The position numbers were made by a program, and so were the translations under genes. A stretch of 64,000 nucleotides of DNA from Octopus sinensis (taxonomy: Eukaryota), in NCBI RefSeq assembly GCF_006345805.1, contig NC_043019.1, positions 9,981,360 to 10,045,359 of the forward strand. The letters are read 5' to 3'. Position 1 is the stretch's first letter. Every line of letters starts with the position of its first letter. The notes beneath the pieces were generated by a model. That model was not told the DNA's origin. It ran no database searches and saw nothing but the letters and a program-made list of their open reading frames with translations. Below are positions 62,916 through 64,000 of this stretch, one piece after another.

Positions 62916-63002
62916 CCGTGGATGTATTTCAATTCTTTCAAATTGTCTCTTCACTGGCAGAGAAAGTATTTCTCCTCTCTTGTATGTCAGTGGAGCTGGT
63001 TC
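62916..63002 (-). CDS. INTS9: INTS9 exon (EPAPLTYKRGEILSLPVKRQFERIEIHPR)
   Basis: ttttgtag/gtaaat borders, 87 bp, phase 0; resembles [29 protein letters not shown]. Confidence 0.9.
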
Positions 63003-63419
63003 CTACAAAACAACATTGAAGAAGATTTATGAGAAAAAAACAGAAAAGGAAGGCTGGAAGAGAAAGAAAGAATATGAATTTTATTAATCAACATGTAAAG
63101 CTGTATAGTGCAAAAACACACATGGTATTAGCTGTGATGCCAAAAGTAAAGCAAAAAGAAACTACACACACTCTGTAATATAGTTCTCTCTCTCTCACTC
63201 TCTCTCTCTCTCTCGCTCAGATAAACACACATGCCTCAGTGAAGCTGGTTCCTGAGAGATAACATTAAGGAAGATTGAATAAATGATGATGAATAGAAAA
63301 GAATGTAAAACATAAAAGGATGGAAAGAAAAAAATTAACACAAATTAAGAAACGAACAGTTTGGATCAGAATTAATGTTTATTTGAAAATTAATTATGGA
63401 AACAAATTTTTTCAATTAC

Positions 63420-63569
63420 CCATTCAATTGTTAAGTCTGTCCGCATGGGTGCTACATTAGGTGGAGTGATGTAGTCTTCAGCCAACACCAAGTGAAGGGG
63501 TCTTAAGTCTTTAATCAGTTTATTGGCTTGACTGAAACTTAAGCTAATATCAATCGGGCAGTAACAGAC
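63420..63569 (-). CDS. INTS9: INTS9 exon (VCYCPIDISLSFSQANKLIKDLRPLHLVLAEDYITPPNVAPMRTDLTIEW)
   Basis: T-rich tract-ttgaag/gtaatt borders, 150 bp, phase 0; resembles [35 protein letters not shown]. Confidence 0.93.
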
Positions 63570-64000
63570 CTTCAAGAATAAAAAAAAAAAAATTAAAAAA
63601 ATTAAGACAAATTTCAAAATGCAGAATGTCATACAAATAAATAGAATGTTTATAAGAAAGGAACAGGGGCAGAAATTTAGAGGTGCATACAGTCAATTAA
63701 GATTCATCAATACTAATTTTATCAACCTCCAGAAAGAGGAAAGGCAAAGTTAATCTCAAATAGATGAAAGGCAAAATCAATCCCAAAAGAATAAAAAGCA
63801 AAATTGAGCCCAGAAAGATGAGAGGTAAAATCAGAGGTAAAGGTAAAATAAAAGCAAGATCAAACGAAAAAGAATAAAAGGCAAGAGTCTTTAAATCAGA
63901 CGGATTTAAATTCAGTAAAACATTTATATATGATACCACAAGGCATTTTGTGCAACTCACTAACAGTTCTGGTATCTAATTCACTTCAAACCTTTTGGCA

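Noticed and set aside
63930-64000. GTGAGT donor-like site at the right edge as a further INTS9 exon
   Set aside because: The upstream frame has a stop and does not resemble the expected ..PYQPLAMK sequence

Overview
AT-rich, microsatellite-dense animal genomic DNA, most likely a cephalopod (Octopus-like, inferred from the SINE and repeat repertoire). The only host gene I can support is the 3' part of INTS9 (Integrator subunit 9): six phase-0 coding exons on the minus strand between 57068 and 63569, with the gene continuing beyond the right edge. The rest is mostly a transposon graveyard: R4/Dong-like RLE LINE pieces, many Tx1/L1-like ORF1 and ORF2 pieces, CR1- and RTE-like LINE fragments, a truncated Mag-like Ty3/Gypsy element, several mariners (one with an intact 342-aa DD34D transposase, TIRs and TA TSD) and tRNA-derived SINEs. 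The most interesting signals are: (1) short modules embedded in (TA)n arrays that carry minimal type I hammerhead-ribozyme motifs and nested perfect inverted repeats (Penelope/retrozyme-like); (2) a TSD-bounded Tx1-like element encoding only ORF1 (HAL1-like); (3) a duplicated splice acceptor in an INTS9 intron that could form a poison exon; (4) a near-perfect 174-bp inverted repeat 4 kb apart. All protein and family assignments come from motif recognition, not database searches.
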